DNA from: Macrostomum lignano
Taxonomy: Eukaryota
Length of the DNA: 49,514 bases
Assembly (NCBI GenBank): GCA_002269645.1
Contig: NIVC01000791.1
Span: forward strand, 1 to 49,514
Direction: 5' to 3'
Part shown: one piece after another, positions 1 to 17,290 of the stretch
Layout of the letters: the number at the start of each line of letters is the position of its first letter
How positions within the stretch are numbered: position 1 is the first letter of the stretch
Position numbers and translations under genes: made by a program
Notes under the pieces: generated by a model
Database searches by the model: none
What the model was told of the DNA's origin: nothing
What the model saw: the letters and a program-made list of their open reading frames with translations, nothing else

Positions 1-5
1 TTTAG

Positions 6-4652
<4,647 letters not shown>

Positions 4653-5490
4653 ACTTGTTAGCATCATCATTATATCTACAAACTGTTCCTTGTTATGGTG
4701 CTTATTAAGTATGCTTATAATCTAGCACTACTACACATATACATGCAGTTTGGATAACTTTCATTTTAAATTTTTGTTTGTGACGTAAGAACTTTAATAT
4801 ATGTGCTTTTTAATCGCGTTTCTTTGTGCCTTTGCGACTTTTTTATTTACCTGACTTAATTACCTTTGAATTGATAATTTATCCAGCACTAGCTAGCCCA
4901 TATATTGCCCGTCTTAAATATGATGTCAAAAATATTCCGACTTCGCACCCGACATATATTTAAACTATAGTTTTTTTAATTTATTCAGCTTTGTGTTTGC
5001 TGCCTTTGTATTCCGTTTAGCTGTATATTATACTCGTACATGTACATCTGCATTCGAGCGTCGTTTTGACACATTGATTTTTTCTAGAAAATTCTTTGAC
5101 TTTATCCTGAAAGCTTGGAAATCTCGCTCAGAAGTAGGAACTTAGCTACTATAAGTAGTCTTTGATTTTTATTTGTCTGTATCTATTATAACAGTATATG
5201 TATTGCTATTACTGTATTGTCGTTAATATTTTTAACGTCTTCCGCTCACAATGCCTTTTTCTGTTATTTTGTTACCTATTTTTTAATTTCGATAGTTTTT
5301 GACCATTTACAACGACATTACATACCTTTTTCAACTACTACTTGAGCACTCAGCCCAACTTATCAGCCAAAATATCAGTCTCATTATTGTCTTACGTACA
5401 AGAAAAACAACCCTGTCTGTGTAATTTGTCAGAAAATTGGCCCGTAAGCCAGACCAATGGATCGCTAAAAGTAATCGCGTTAATGCATTA

Positions 5491-6184
5491 GCCAAGGACC
5501 ACTTAAGTAGAAGGACGGGAAACCTCGTTTCTTAGAAAAAATTTTGGAAGGCCGGTTTTCCTAGAAAAATGCACTACGGAGATAGGAAGTTTTCATTTTT
5601 CAGCACAAAAATTGCTACTGCTTTTGATAGGAGGCAGATCCAGTGTTCATCTTTTGATATGTTGTGCCTTTCTTATTGCTCTATCGATATTTATAAAGCT
5701 TTTCGTTCAGAAAATTTGGATTCTATGTGAATTTTTTATTCTACGTACATTTTCACGTGTCTTGTGCCTGAAATACATTAAAATGCCACGGATTGTCTCT
5801 TTGGTTTTATGAGTCTATTTTATCGATGATCATTCTTACCTGACTGTGTAACAAATATTTGTAACAGAGATGATAAAATAGATTTATAAAACCAAATATT
5901 GGAGCTGTGCATTTTTGTGATTTTTAGATACAGGAAATGTACGTAGAATAGGAAATTCACATAGAATCCTAATTTTCGGAACGAAAAGCTTTGTAAATAT
6001 CGATAGAGCAGTAAAAAAGGCACAACATATCAAGGGATAAACACTGAATCTGCCGCCTATCAAAAGCGATTTTGTGCTGAAAAATGGGAACTTCCTATCT
6101 CCATAGTGTGTTTTTTCGGGAAAACTTGCCTTCTGGAATTTTCTAAGAAACGAGGTTTCCCGTCCTGCTTAAGTCGTCCTTGGC
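5491..6184. mobile_element. Foldback/MITE-like element made almost entirely of long imperfect inverted repeats
   Basis: Left arm ~5491-5824 (GCCAAGGAC...GGAAACCTCGTTTCTTAGAAAA...TTTGGTTTTATGAGTCTATTTTATC) is the reverse complement of right arm ~5872-6184 (GATAAAATAGATTTATAAAACCAAA...TTCTAAGAAACGAGGTTTCC...GTCCTTGGC). ATTA flanks both sides. Confidence 0.8.
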
Positions 6185-6670
6185 ATTAGCTATGCTTACG
6201 TACTTTAATCTAAAATTTTATTGTTCCTTTCTTTAAGTTTTAACTAGTATATGGTCACATTATAATTTCAAAATTTAGTACATGTACATTTAAAATTGAT
6301 GTGTGCATGTACGTAAATAAAATCTGGATTTTTTGAGACCCAAAAAATGCTTCAAGGTTCTGATTTAAAACGAATTGACTTTTAATGATTTTTTCTTTTT
6401 TGATAATGCGCTTAAATTGCAATTAGAATTTAACCGTAAAGACGCAAATAATATACATACACATCCCGTCACTTGGTTGCAATTTCTACGTCTGCAAAGT
6501 TGCTTGAATAAAATGGAGGTCGTATCAGCATTCTGTGTAACATTGTGTAGTTTCACTACAAATTGGTCCGGTGAGGCAGATCTGAGCCACCGACCTAAGG
6601 GTCGGTCTTGAGTAGGTCTTGCAGCGGACAGATGCGGTGGGCAAAGTTGGGAACGAATCGACGGTAAAAA

Positions 6671-8963
6671 CCGACGCCATAATGATTACATTTATTATTA
6701 ACCTTGTAATGTATAACGTTTACTGACTGCTGTTCCGATATTCTCAAAGACTCGTGAGGACCACTACTCGCATTTGGAACAAGTTTTGGACCGCCTAAGA
6801 ACACACGGCCTACAGGTTCCTTTGAAGAAGTGCGAATTCTTTCAATCCGAGGTAGATTTCCTTGGCCATCGCGTGACTCTTGAAGGAATAAAACCTCTCC
6901 AGAAGAAGATCCAAACAATCACTGACTGGCCGACACCCACGGATTCGAACGCACTTCGGCGCTTCCTCGGTGTCGTTGGTTTCTACCGTCGATTCGTTCC
7001 CAACTTTGCCGATCGCATCTGTCCACTGCAAGACCTACTCACTGCATCACTACAGTCAGCAGGAAACTTCCAATGGACAGAGCAGCATCAGAAATCTTTC
7101 GAAAACATCAAACAAGCTCTCTCAGAGAGACTGCTGCATCATCCGGACCCCAACTGTACTGCGTACCACCTGTCACTGATGCCTCAGCCGACTGTGTTGG
7201 TGCCGTTCTGCATCAAACCTCAGCTTCAACCGGAACGTCACCTCTTGGCATGTTCAGCAAGTAGTTGTCGTCATCTCAAAGGATGTACAGCACGTTCGAC
7301 CGAGAACTACTCGCGGCGTACCTGCTGGCAGTGTTGCACTTCCGCAGCCTCATTGAAGGACTGAGCGTGACCTTGTTCACCGATCATAAACCACTAGCTC
7401 AGGCCTTCCACGCAAATCGCACCACTACGTCAGATCGCAATCAGCGCTATTTGACCGTCTTGTCCGAGTACGTGGCAGATGTCCAGTACATTCGCGGTGC
7501 AGACAACGTAATAGCTGATGCCGGCCCTTTCTCGACTGCCTGACTTCCCAGTGAATGATCACGTGTCCGACATCGCAACAGTCGCTGTAGTCGCTGCCCC
7601 ATCAAGCCAATTCCCTGTTGATCTGCCCAGTATCGCTGAAGCACAACGACCAGAGTCGTTCTCACCTGCACTAAATATTCGATCGTTTTCTCTGAACAAA
7701 GACGTCGTCGTTTGGTGTGAGACGTCAACGCCGTATCCTCGCCCGATCATTCCGCCGTCTCTCCGCGACGCCGTGATTGCCTCCTTCCATCGACTTGGTC
7801 ATTTCGGCTACCGTAAAACAGCAAAACACATCACAGAACGTTACTTTTGGCCCGGAATGCGTAAGTCCATCAAGACCTACTGCTGCTGGAACTGCCAGGA
7901 CTGCCAACGGAGTAAAGTCACTCGCCACACTCTCTCCCCGCAACAGGCCTTCGCATTACCATCAAATCGCTTTGAGGCGGTACACATCGATATTGTGGGA
8001 CCACTTCCACCAGCTAATGCTACCACCTTTGGCCACCAGTCTACCCGCTACCACGATGGTCGACCGCTCGACTGGCTGGCTAGAAGCTACACCACTGGAA
8101 TCAATAACCGCGGAAGTAGTCGCCCATACATTCGTCTCGTCTTGGGTCTCGCGCTACGGGAGTGCCACTGTATGTAATCACTGATCGGGGGCGCCAAGTT
8201 CGAATCAGAATTCTTTCACTCGGTCTCGTCATCAATTGGTTTTCATCGCGATTACGCACAACGGCGTACCACCCTCAAACCAATGGCAAGGTCGAGCGAG
8301 CCCATCGCACCCTGAAGACGATGCTACGTGCTCGAGGCAATGACTGGCTGACAGACCTACCTGTGGCTCTCCTCGCGATGCACGTCGCACCTGACGACCA
8401 ATGAATATCACCGTTCACCAGGGTTACCGGCGAGCTTCCGATGGTTCCGCGCATTCTAACTTCTGAACCACTCGCCCCAACGGACATTCGGACACGGCTG
8501 CAGGAACTGCTGACAGAGTTATAACGAGTCCACACGCGAAGACGCACGAAACACGGAGCTACGTACCCAAGGACCTGGAAATGGCTAGCTAAATTCGTCT
8601 GGGTTCGGGTCGATCGCGTGCGGTCGCCGCTCGAGGCGCCGTACTCAGAGCCGTATCGCGTGAAACAGCGAACTGACAAGTTCTTCGTTATTTTCCTACC
8701 GTCAGGCAACACCTACCGAATCTGTCTCTATCGATCGCCTCAAGCCGGCGCGACTTTCGTTTCCGAAGTCTGCTGTTCAGCCGGCCGCGAACCCGCTGCC
8801 GGAAAAGCCGCCAAACTAGATCAGGAACCGGTGGACTCATCACCTCCTAGAGCGACCTTTAGCGGCCGCCAAGTCCAATTCCGACGCCATAATGATAGAT
8901 TACATTTATTATTAAAACCTTGTAATGTATAACGTCTACTGACTGCTGTTCCAATGTTCTCAA
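6671..8963 (+). mobile_element. Degenerate Ty3/Gypsy LTR-retrotransposon pol fragment (RT C-terminus, RNase H, integrase)
   Basis: RT: LKKCEFFQSEVDFLGHRV...LRRFLGVVGFYRRFVPNF. RNase H: TDASADCVGAVLHQ, YSTFDRELLA, TLFTDHKPL, YIRGADNVIADA. Integrase: HRLGHFGYRKT...YFWPGMR...CQDCQ, VHIDIVGPLP, ITDRGRQ, TTAYHPQTNGKVERAHRTLK. RT-RH-IN order indicates Gypsy. Many frameshifts. ~77-bp direct repeats at 6671-6747 and 8881-8963. Confidence 0.93.
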
Positions 8964-11859
8964 TATTTCTTAATGTTCAACGCCTCATATAAAATTTAGC
9001 TCGTATTTCAACTATATAACCGCTTCGTTTCAATAATTTAAGCAATTCCACCATTTTATAATTCAGTTACAGTCTCTTTTCCCCGTGCTCCGCAATCGGA
9101 AGGGGGGTCGTATGGGTATTTTGTTGTACTTTTTATTTGCAACTCAGTTTGTCATAAATTACCATAGACTAATTTCCTTTTACAGTTCTTTCTCGCAGTT
9201 AAGTTTCTCGCCCCAATCCTTCTCGTCGTTAACTCATAAAATATATGCAATTCAAATCTAAGTTAAGTTGTAATTTCACTACAAATGCTTCACGTTACAC
9301 AAACCACAAACTTAATTTTATCTGAGATAAAAGAATCTTATCTGCTCGTACATTCTAGTAGTATCATTCGGCCTAAATAGGTCAAATAGCCTTTTTCAGG
9401 AGATATTCCTCTAAATTGTGGCCAGTTCAGTCAGCAATAATATTGTCGTTTCGGCAGTATACGAGTACATACCAAATTTGAATGCGCCTGAGTACATACC
9501 AGATTTAATTATTTTGTTTTCCCTTCTTCGCAAACTGCATAAGGATATTTTATTGCATATCTGTGAACTGGTTGCATTATAAACAGTTAAAATATTCGTT
9601 TTATTTTTTGCCGAAAAGTCAAAAGCTGTTAGGCAGTAATTTAAACGGGAAAAATTCGAGGGACTTTAAACTTAATATATAAAAATTACATTTTACAGCT
9701 CAATAGGCCTAGAGTATAGGCTAATTTGATTCTCGTTTAATGGTTGACATAATTTCACATAATATAAAAAAAGATTAAATATAATGTAACATATCCTCTA
9801 TTCACAAAATGTATATCGACCCTGAAATGGCCTGAATTGGCCAAACAGGCCGCATGCCTACATGCCTACAAATGGCTTAGCCATTTGATTGATTGGCTAA
9901 AAATCCATTGGATAATTCAAAAGTTATTATATTATTTATAACTTGAAAAATCAGACATTTTAAAGAAAAATTATCACAGTAGGGGCCTATCTTATGGGAA
10001 AATGCATTATGGAAATGTCAAAAATACAACACTAAAGGAGTAAAATGTTATAAATTTTTTATTACTTGACCAAAATTCAAAAGTGAAGTGTCTTTTTACT
10101 AATACAAACAAGATCTATCATACTAAATAAAAAAAATTAGAAATTTACAACTTTCAAAATCTCACGGGACCCCTTAATATTATAGTAGGCTTAGGCCCCC
10201 TATCTCATTACAAGTTGTGGTCATTGTGTTGCTTAGGGCCTAGGACTTAGGAGAATGCATATATTTTGACTAATAGCTAATAGGCATACATATACTATGT
10301 GCTTCTGGCAATCTCGAATCGTTTGTTTAATTATTTCCAGAATTATTTCGCCCTCTATTCAAGGGTGGTGGGGGGTGGTGGTTGGAATTATACGAATGAT
10401 TTGAGAAGATAGCCGTGCTTCTTGACCACTCATTTATCAATCACTATATTTCACTGATCTAAATGATATAGGCCTGATCATATAGGGGCCTATATAAGCT
10501 ATAGCCTACCCCTATTTGAATAAGTAGACAAAGGTGTCTAATGCAATTTTGGAATTTTCTGGTATTGCATTGCAACTAGAGTCAAGGCAAGTGCTGTTGC
10601 GGTGCAATGCAAGTTTTGGATAAATGGCAAAAGTAATTATGACAATCTTATTAAGGCTTAATGCCTTGTTATTTAATTAATTATCTTGTTATCTAAATAT
10701 GCCTATACTCAGTGTAAAAGTTAAAATATTCTGTGTCATGTTGCATTTTTGAGTTATTATTTTAGACCCCATGTTGTGCATTCGCAAGTTTTCTACACTT
10801 ATTCCAATAGAAAGCTATACCTATATATTTTTTTGAATTAGAGATTTTAGACATTTTTAGATTTATTACAATTTTAGACATATCTTTTGATACATTTTAG
10901 GACACTTAAATTGTCACAAAAAGTATTAGGAAAATAGTCATATATTAGTTAAATTTTGGTGACATATTTTCAAACATTTTTGCAATATTTTAAGTATCCT
11001 AAAAGTAGGCCTATTAAAAGATATATCTGAGAATGTGTTAGAGAAAGTTATACAAGTATAGCTTATATACATGGTTAGGTCATTCAATTAACAAAATTTA
11101 GTAATTGATAAATGGGTGGTTAGGATAGTTTAGTGAACTCATTTTAGGCTTTTTAGGTTGTTTGTTTAAAATTTAATGTCAAAATAATTTAACATAGAAA
11201 GCTAGGACATTGCCTATTATATCATTAACTATAGTATATAAATAAGGACTTCAGTGAAGGTCTTGTGACTTGCCAAAAAATTGGCTAAACTTTTTTATTT
11301 GAGTTTATGAAAAAGTAGTTTCTCTCTTTTTTCTAGTTTATATTTGATTTTTATTCTATATAATTGCATTGCATTTAAAGTTACTAATTTGTAAAAACTA
11401 GCCCTTTTTACTAAAAATCTTTTCATATCTATATTAAGATAAACCTAGCAAGTCACAACACCTTTATTAAAGTCCCTAGCCTAATCAAAGAAGCTTGGTA
11501 AACATATTTTGCTATTTGGCTATATTTGGCTTATGTAGTCAAGTGGCTTTGTATGCTATTATCTGTAGATTCATAGAGAGCAACCAAATCAAATAGATGG
11601 GATTATCAGCCAAGTTTAGTTATAGGCATCTCTTATTTCTCTTATCAACTGTAGCATTTGTGGTTTTATATAATATAACTATCTTATAGTAGCAAAACAT
11701 TACAATATAACATTGCAAAAGTATATCAAAGTTAGCCTACTAAAGCTTGCCCTATCTTGCATATTACTGTAGCTATCTAAACTCTAAGTCAGATGACTAT
11801 TGCACTTTTTGCTTTTTAAAAAAGATGATATTGAATGACTTGTATACTAGCTAAATTTG

Positions 11860-13067
11860 CTTGGCCATCCCCTATGACCACTATTGCAATAAATAAAAGA
11901 CTGCCTTTGGCTAGTAAAAGTTGCCTATTAGCATCATTGCCCTACTATTAAATGGTTTGTTCATTTTGTTGGTATGACAATGAATGACAATGATACTAGT
12001 TGATGAAGTGCAACATGGTCTAGCTAATAAAGGTCAGATGGGATCCCAATCCAATCCCGAAATCTTGGGATCCCAAGGAAAATTGAATTCCCGCGGGACC
12101 ATAATCCCAACCCTAAAAAACTCAAGATTTGGGAACAGGTCTTTTGATTAAAAATTTATAGAATTAGTGATTACTTGAAGGTATTTTGCTTTAACTTGTA
12201 CTCGTTATATTTACTTTGTTGGTTACAAAACTTCATATCAATTTCGTTGTGTTTTACTTCTTGATCTTGACCATCTTTTCTCAATTTTGTTTAACTTTAC
12301 ATGGACAATACACTAAAATACCTGATCCTAATTCCTGAATCCTGATCCCGATCCTGAGAAAAAAATTATTCCCGATCCCGATCCCGCCCGAAGATTTCAA
12401 TCCCATCCAACCTCTACTGGCTAAGCATTGATATCTCATTGATAATGATCAACCTCATGGGATGTGAAGTGGCTCATTAGAATTCATTCATTAGAATAAC
12501 TGTAGATTATCTTTAAGGAATCAGACCAATGCAAATGCTAATGAATTTTTATTCCTGTCAATTTGCCTTAAGGCTCAAGCTTATTTTTGGCAAACAAAAT
12601 GAAAGAGTGATGCTTTGGAATATACAATTGGCTGCAGAGAGATAGGACATAGACAAAAGGGGGACTTAAAGGGTACAAGAAAGTGGCTTTGCCAGATAGA
12701 CAATATGAGAAATAATAGTAGTATATTAATGCATTAATAAATGGTAATTTATGTGTGCATTCTTTCAATGTACAATAGGATGCAATGCAACATTACCTAA
12801 ATGGTCTTTAGCACTTTGCTACCACTCTCTTACTACCAGAATTTTGTAGCCAGAATGTGTAGAGCTGCCTGCACTGTCAAGCTGCCAATGTTGAGCAATA
12901 CTAGTGGGAGCCAGGAGTGAGCAACCTTTGCCTAGTAGACCATATAATATACTAATCAAGAAGCTCTTACCTGTGTCTGCCAGACCATGTATAATGAAAT
13001 GTGTTGCTTTGACTCTCTCCAACTTATCATTTGCCTCATCTAGCCAATTGAGAACAAAGTTATACAC
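11860..13067 (-). pseudogene. Decayed Pif1-family (SF1B) helicase, probably a Helitron-type relic
   Basis: Minus strand, in the correct order: Walker A FIIHGLADTGKSFLI (~12960-13000), motif Ia LLAPTSIA then frameshifted NIGSLTVQAALHI, Walker B-like RLIIINEISMLS (~12420-12455), motif III-like IVVIGDG (~11864-11884). Stops and frameshifts throughout. Confidence 0.68.
12028..12416. mobile_element. Non-autonomous hAT-like MITE (389 bp) inserted in the helicase relic
   Basis: TIRs TAAAGGTCAGATGGGAT ... ATCCCATCCAACCTCTA (14/17 match). 8-bp TSD CTAGCTAA / CTGGCTAA (7/8). Subterminal (A)TCCCG motifs. Confidence 0.82.
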
Positions 13068-14389
13068 ATGCTACTATTCAATGTTCAACTGCTAGTGATT
13101 GGTACTAGCAATGGCATTGGACTCATATCTATCAGCTAAGTATCCCATTTGCAGCTTAGAAAAAAATCTGTCAACTTCCATGACAAGAAAAAAACTTTGC
13201 TGACATTCTAATCAAAGTTTTAACTAGTATCCAGGTTGCAATCCACACTATTATGGTTGATCACACTTGTAGCAGCAGCCAGCAGCACAAATGTAGTACC
13301 TAATTAGGCTAATTGTAGTATTGCTCTAGGCCTTTGTAAATTGACTACCTTTGCTGCTATCATGTCCTAGGTCATTAGGGTATTGCCATTGATGTCACTA
13401 ACTCACTGGCATCCAATTCAATAGTTGTAGCTTCTCTTATTAGGTTAGATATATGGCAAATGCACAATGTATAAGCTGGCTGATTCTACTCAAATGCCTT
13501 TTGTCATGTATCATGCTCAGCTTTCAGCTTTCAGTATAAGACCATCTAGCAGTATACTTTGGTTATAACTAGTATAAATAAGGCCTATGTCTAATGGTAA
13601 AAACTGCCATTATGATTGACTATATTCATTGATATACTAATCAATTGGTAGAAACAAATTTTTTTGCTTAAGGCATTTTATAGGGATTTCCATTAGAATA
13701 AAACACTATTAAAAGTGGGTATAGTTGGTTCACTTTACTATAAGCCTATTTTGTAGGCAATTAGTTAGTATATATCAGTGACAAAAAAAGACATTTTGGA
13801 GCAATCTTAAACTTGTTTGGCAAATGCAATTTAAAGATTAACCTGATTTGAAATTACAAAGCAGCAGTATAAGATCCATGAGTACTTCTATTGTAATATT
13901 TTTTAAAAGCTATTACCAAATATAGCTAGAAAAGACTAGAAATTGATATAAACAACTTAAAACAACTTGGAGTGCAGTTAATCGGGAAAATGTAATAAAA
14001 ATTTTTTAAAGCTAATATTGAATTTTGTTAATTTCAAAAACCTAAATTTGTCAATGTATTGTTGTTTAATTTACATTCATAATAAAATGTATTTATGCAT
14101 ATATTCTATAGTTTTCGGGAATTTAGTGTTTTGTATTTTTTGGAAAAGCTATTGCAATCTTTTCCTTTTTAGACATGTTTATTTATCAACAATTTTAGCA
14201 ACACATTATAGTACTTTTGTATAAATAGCCTGAAATAGAATTTTTTGTAGATACACTGAACATTGTGTATATATATTTGCTACTATAATGCTATACTGTA
14301 TCTAAGGCTATTATACTATGTGCTCAAATGCCAGTTCATTGCTCACTCACTCATCAGACCTGCTATGCTGCAAGCTGTACTCTGCTGGC

Positions 14390-15247
14390 ATGAAGATGAG
14401 CGCACCGGCTGATCCACTTCACAACTCAGTCTCGTTGCGCCGGCTCTATCCGCCAGACACTGACGATGTCAAATGTTTGGCTAAACACCTGTTCCCTATC
14501 GATTATCCAGACTCCTGGTTTCACGATATCGTCACCAATGATCGATTTTATACCCAAGCTGCGTTGCTAGGCAACGAGATGGTCGCTATGCTAGTAGCCG
14601 AGGTCAAGCCTATTGCTATAGTTAATAAAGAGGATGCCGATTTGTTAAGCTGTCAATTCCCGCCGGAGACAAAGGTGTGCTACTTGCTCAGCATCGGTGT
14701 CAGCCAGCCCTACAGAAGGCGCGGCTTAGCTCGCCTGTTGCTAAGCAACCTGTTAAGCCATTTACACGCCAGCTTAGGCAGCCAGGTGAAATGCGTCTAC
14801 CTGCACGTGTTGGCTACAAATCGGGCTGCTATAGAGTTCTATCAGGGCCAGGGGTTTCAGCTGCACTGCCGGCTGCCGTTCTACTATGTGATCGAGGGCC
14901 GCCCGGCCGATGCCTGCTCCTATGCGCTGTACCTCAATGACGGCTGTCCACCAGAGTCCTGCTTGCAGACTGTGGCCAGATCCGCCAGTTTAGTGGCATC
15001 CTGCGTCTGCTCCAGGCTATTATCAGTCACCTGCTACTGTCGGCGCTGCCATCTGATGCCCAGCTGTCTGTATTCCATTGTTCGGCGTCTGGGTTCCTTA
15101 ATGGGACTGTCCTGTTCGGATTCTATTACTAATAGTAGTAGTAGATCGTGCAGTGTTTCTATGCTGCTTATGCAGTTGAAGCATCGATTGGTTTATTCTG
15201 CAACAGGCTCGCAGGGTACTTTGTCGTCTAGCACTGCCAGTGTGTGA
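14390..15247 (+). CDS. NAA60: N-alpha-acetyltransferase 60 (NatF), GNAT family, intronless CDS (~285 aa)
   Basis: LFPIDYPDSWF, MLVAEVK, KEDADLL, CYLLSIGV...YRRRGLARLLL, VYLHVLATNRAAIEFY, LPFYYVIEG, YLNDGCPP match NAA60 motifs. An upstream in-frame ATG also exists at 14318. Confidence 0.92.
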   Translation: MKMSAPADPLHNSVSLRRLYPPDTDDVKCLAKHLFPIDYPDSWFHDIVTNDRFYTQAALLGNEMVAMLVAEVKPIAIVNKEDADLLSCQFPPETKVCYLLSIGVSQPYRRRGLARLLLSNLLSHLHASLGSQVKCVYLHVLATNRAAIEFYQGQGFQLHCRLPFYYVIEGRPADACSYALYLNDGCPPESCLQTVARSASLVASCVCSRLLSVTCYCRRCHLMPSCLYSIVRRLGSLMGLSCSDSITNSSSRSCSVSMLLMQLKHRLVYSATGSQGTLSSSTASV

Positions 15248-15474
15248 TGAACCTCTAAGATACTGGCCCAATATCTGCGCTTTTATCTGAACTGTCAGTA
15301 AATCCAGTGATTAAAATCATCTCTCTAAAGGGAATGGTCTGTGCGATAGTTACAATTTAAACTGATGCTAGCTGAAGTCAATTTCTTCAAATAATTTACT
15401 GTAACATCTTACATAGTATGCTAGCCTAATTTTGTGCACTCTGTACTTGTAAAGAGATATAATTCGCTTGTAAA

Positions 15475-15985
15475 AAGATCCGCCAACCACAGATGTAAAC
15501 CCACTCTATCATTTTAGGTTCAATATTTAACCTTAAACATCCGCCCTCTACACCTAAAGATCTGCTCTTTACCATTTCAGATTCGTTTTCTATCCTTAAA
15601 GATCCGCCCTCTGCACTTTAAGATCCGCCCTCTACCCTTTAAATATCCGCCCTCTACCCTTTTAATATCCGCCCTCTACCCTTTTAAGATCCGCCCTCTA
15701 CCATTTTAAGATCCGCCCTCTACCCTTTTAAGATCCGCCCTCTACCATTTTAAGATCCGCCCTCTACCCTTTTAAGATCCGCCCTCTACCCTTTTAATAT
15801 CCGCCCTCTACCCTTTTAATATCCGCCCTCTACCCTTTTAAGATCCGCCCTCTACCCTTTTAAGATCCGCCCTCTACCCTTTTAAGATTCGCCCTCTACC
15901 CTTTTAATATCCGCCCTCTAACCTTAAAGATCCGCTTTCTAACTTTTAGAATCCACCCTCTAACATTTAAGATCCGCCCTCTATT
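15475..15985 (+). repeat. 22-bp minisatellite (AAGATCCGCCCTCTACCCTTTT)
   Basis: Visible tandem units, degenerate at the edges. Confidence 0.95.
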
Positions 15986-16459
15986 ATGAAAAGTAGTGCT
16001 ATGACAATGACATATTCTTTCATTTGCGCAACAAAAGTGCCTTTCTGTATAGATTTCGCTTGATGCTGATTTTAAATAGAAAAACAAGCCCAAACATTAG
16101 CGCATATCATCGTTTTAGTATGTAGTTAAGTCTGCAGACTTTTGTATACTGTGCTTACTTGAAATGTATTAATGCTAGTTGTTCCATGTTGATTTTGATT
16201 TTTTTAAAGAATCTTTGAATCGCACTTGTCAGTCCGAGTCTTACTTTGTTTATTCAATTATTCTTTCGTGTTATGTATGCCCATTCAGATACTGTCATTC
16301 TGTTCGCGGTGCTGATTAATGCCTCTTATTACCTGTGCATACCTGTGCTGCAGTGTGCACTTTAATTACGCTTGTTTGTTTGCTATTTTTTCATCTAGCT
16401 TTTTTTCTTTCCAAAGAAAATACTTTTCTGCTACAAAGACATAACGCTTAAGACGTTAT

Positions 16460-16945
16460 AAGGCAACCAGGGTTATTCCCCATGAGCCATAGACAACCAG
16501 GGTTATTCTCCATGAGCCATAGACAACCAGGGTTATACCCCCTTGAGCCATAGACAACCAGGGTTATTCCCCATGAGCCATAGACAACCAGGGTTATTCC
16601 CCCTTGAGCCATAGACAACCAGGGTTATTCCCCATGAGCCATAGACAACCAGGGTTATACCCCCTTGAGCCATAGACAACCAGGGTTATTCCCCGTGAGC
16701 CATAGACAACCAGGGTTATACCCCCTTGAGCCATAGACAACCAGGGTTATTCCCCATGAGCCATAGACAACCAGGGTTATTCCCCCTTGAGCCATAGACA
16801 ACCAGGGTTATTCCCCGTGAGCCATAGGCAACCAGGGTTATACCCCCTTAAGCCATAGGCAACCAGGGTTATTTCCCATGAGCCATAGACAACCGGGGTT
16901 ATTCCCCATAAGCCATAGGCAACCAGGGTTATTCCCCATGAGTCC
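16460..16945 (+). repeat. 30/31-bp minisatellite (CCATAGACAACCAGGGTTATTCCCCATGAG)
   Basis: About 16 visible units, partly alternating between 30- and 31-bp variants. Confidence 0.96.
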
Positions 16946-17290
16946 TGCACCAGTGTTCAATAGAACACTTGCGTCAAAGCATGCCTAGAAAGCTTTTAAT
17001 ATTATTTTATGTTTAATAGCGGATTGTATGATTTCTATCAGCTGCTATAAAATGCTGTCAGTGTAACTTGCAACAATAGAACAAATTTGCAGAATTGGTG
17101 AACAATTATTACTCATACATACCTGATTTGTCTCTTTAATGTTCCTCATTTTTCTTCGTTTTTCAAATAGCTAATTTTAATGCTTACAATTAGTTTATCT
17201 AGTCACTGACGTCCGGGATCCAGATGACTTGCTTTTGCTGAATAATTTGATACAATTACAAATCATCCCTTATTTTAATCTTGCAGCTAA

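Noticed and set aside
6671-6747. Direct repeats flanking the Gypsy pol taken as LTRs
   Set aside because: They lack TG..CA ends, overlap the pol 3' end and fuse directly into mid-RT with no gag or PBS.
10160-10178. CTCACGGGACCCCTTAA, resembling a TTAA-type transposon end
   Set aside because: No matching opposite terminus found in the window.
16460-16945. CRISPR-like appearance of 30-50 bp repeat arrays
   Set aside because: Units are contiguous with no unique spacers, there are no cas genes, and the context is eukaryotic.
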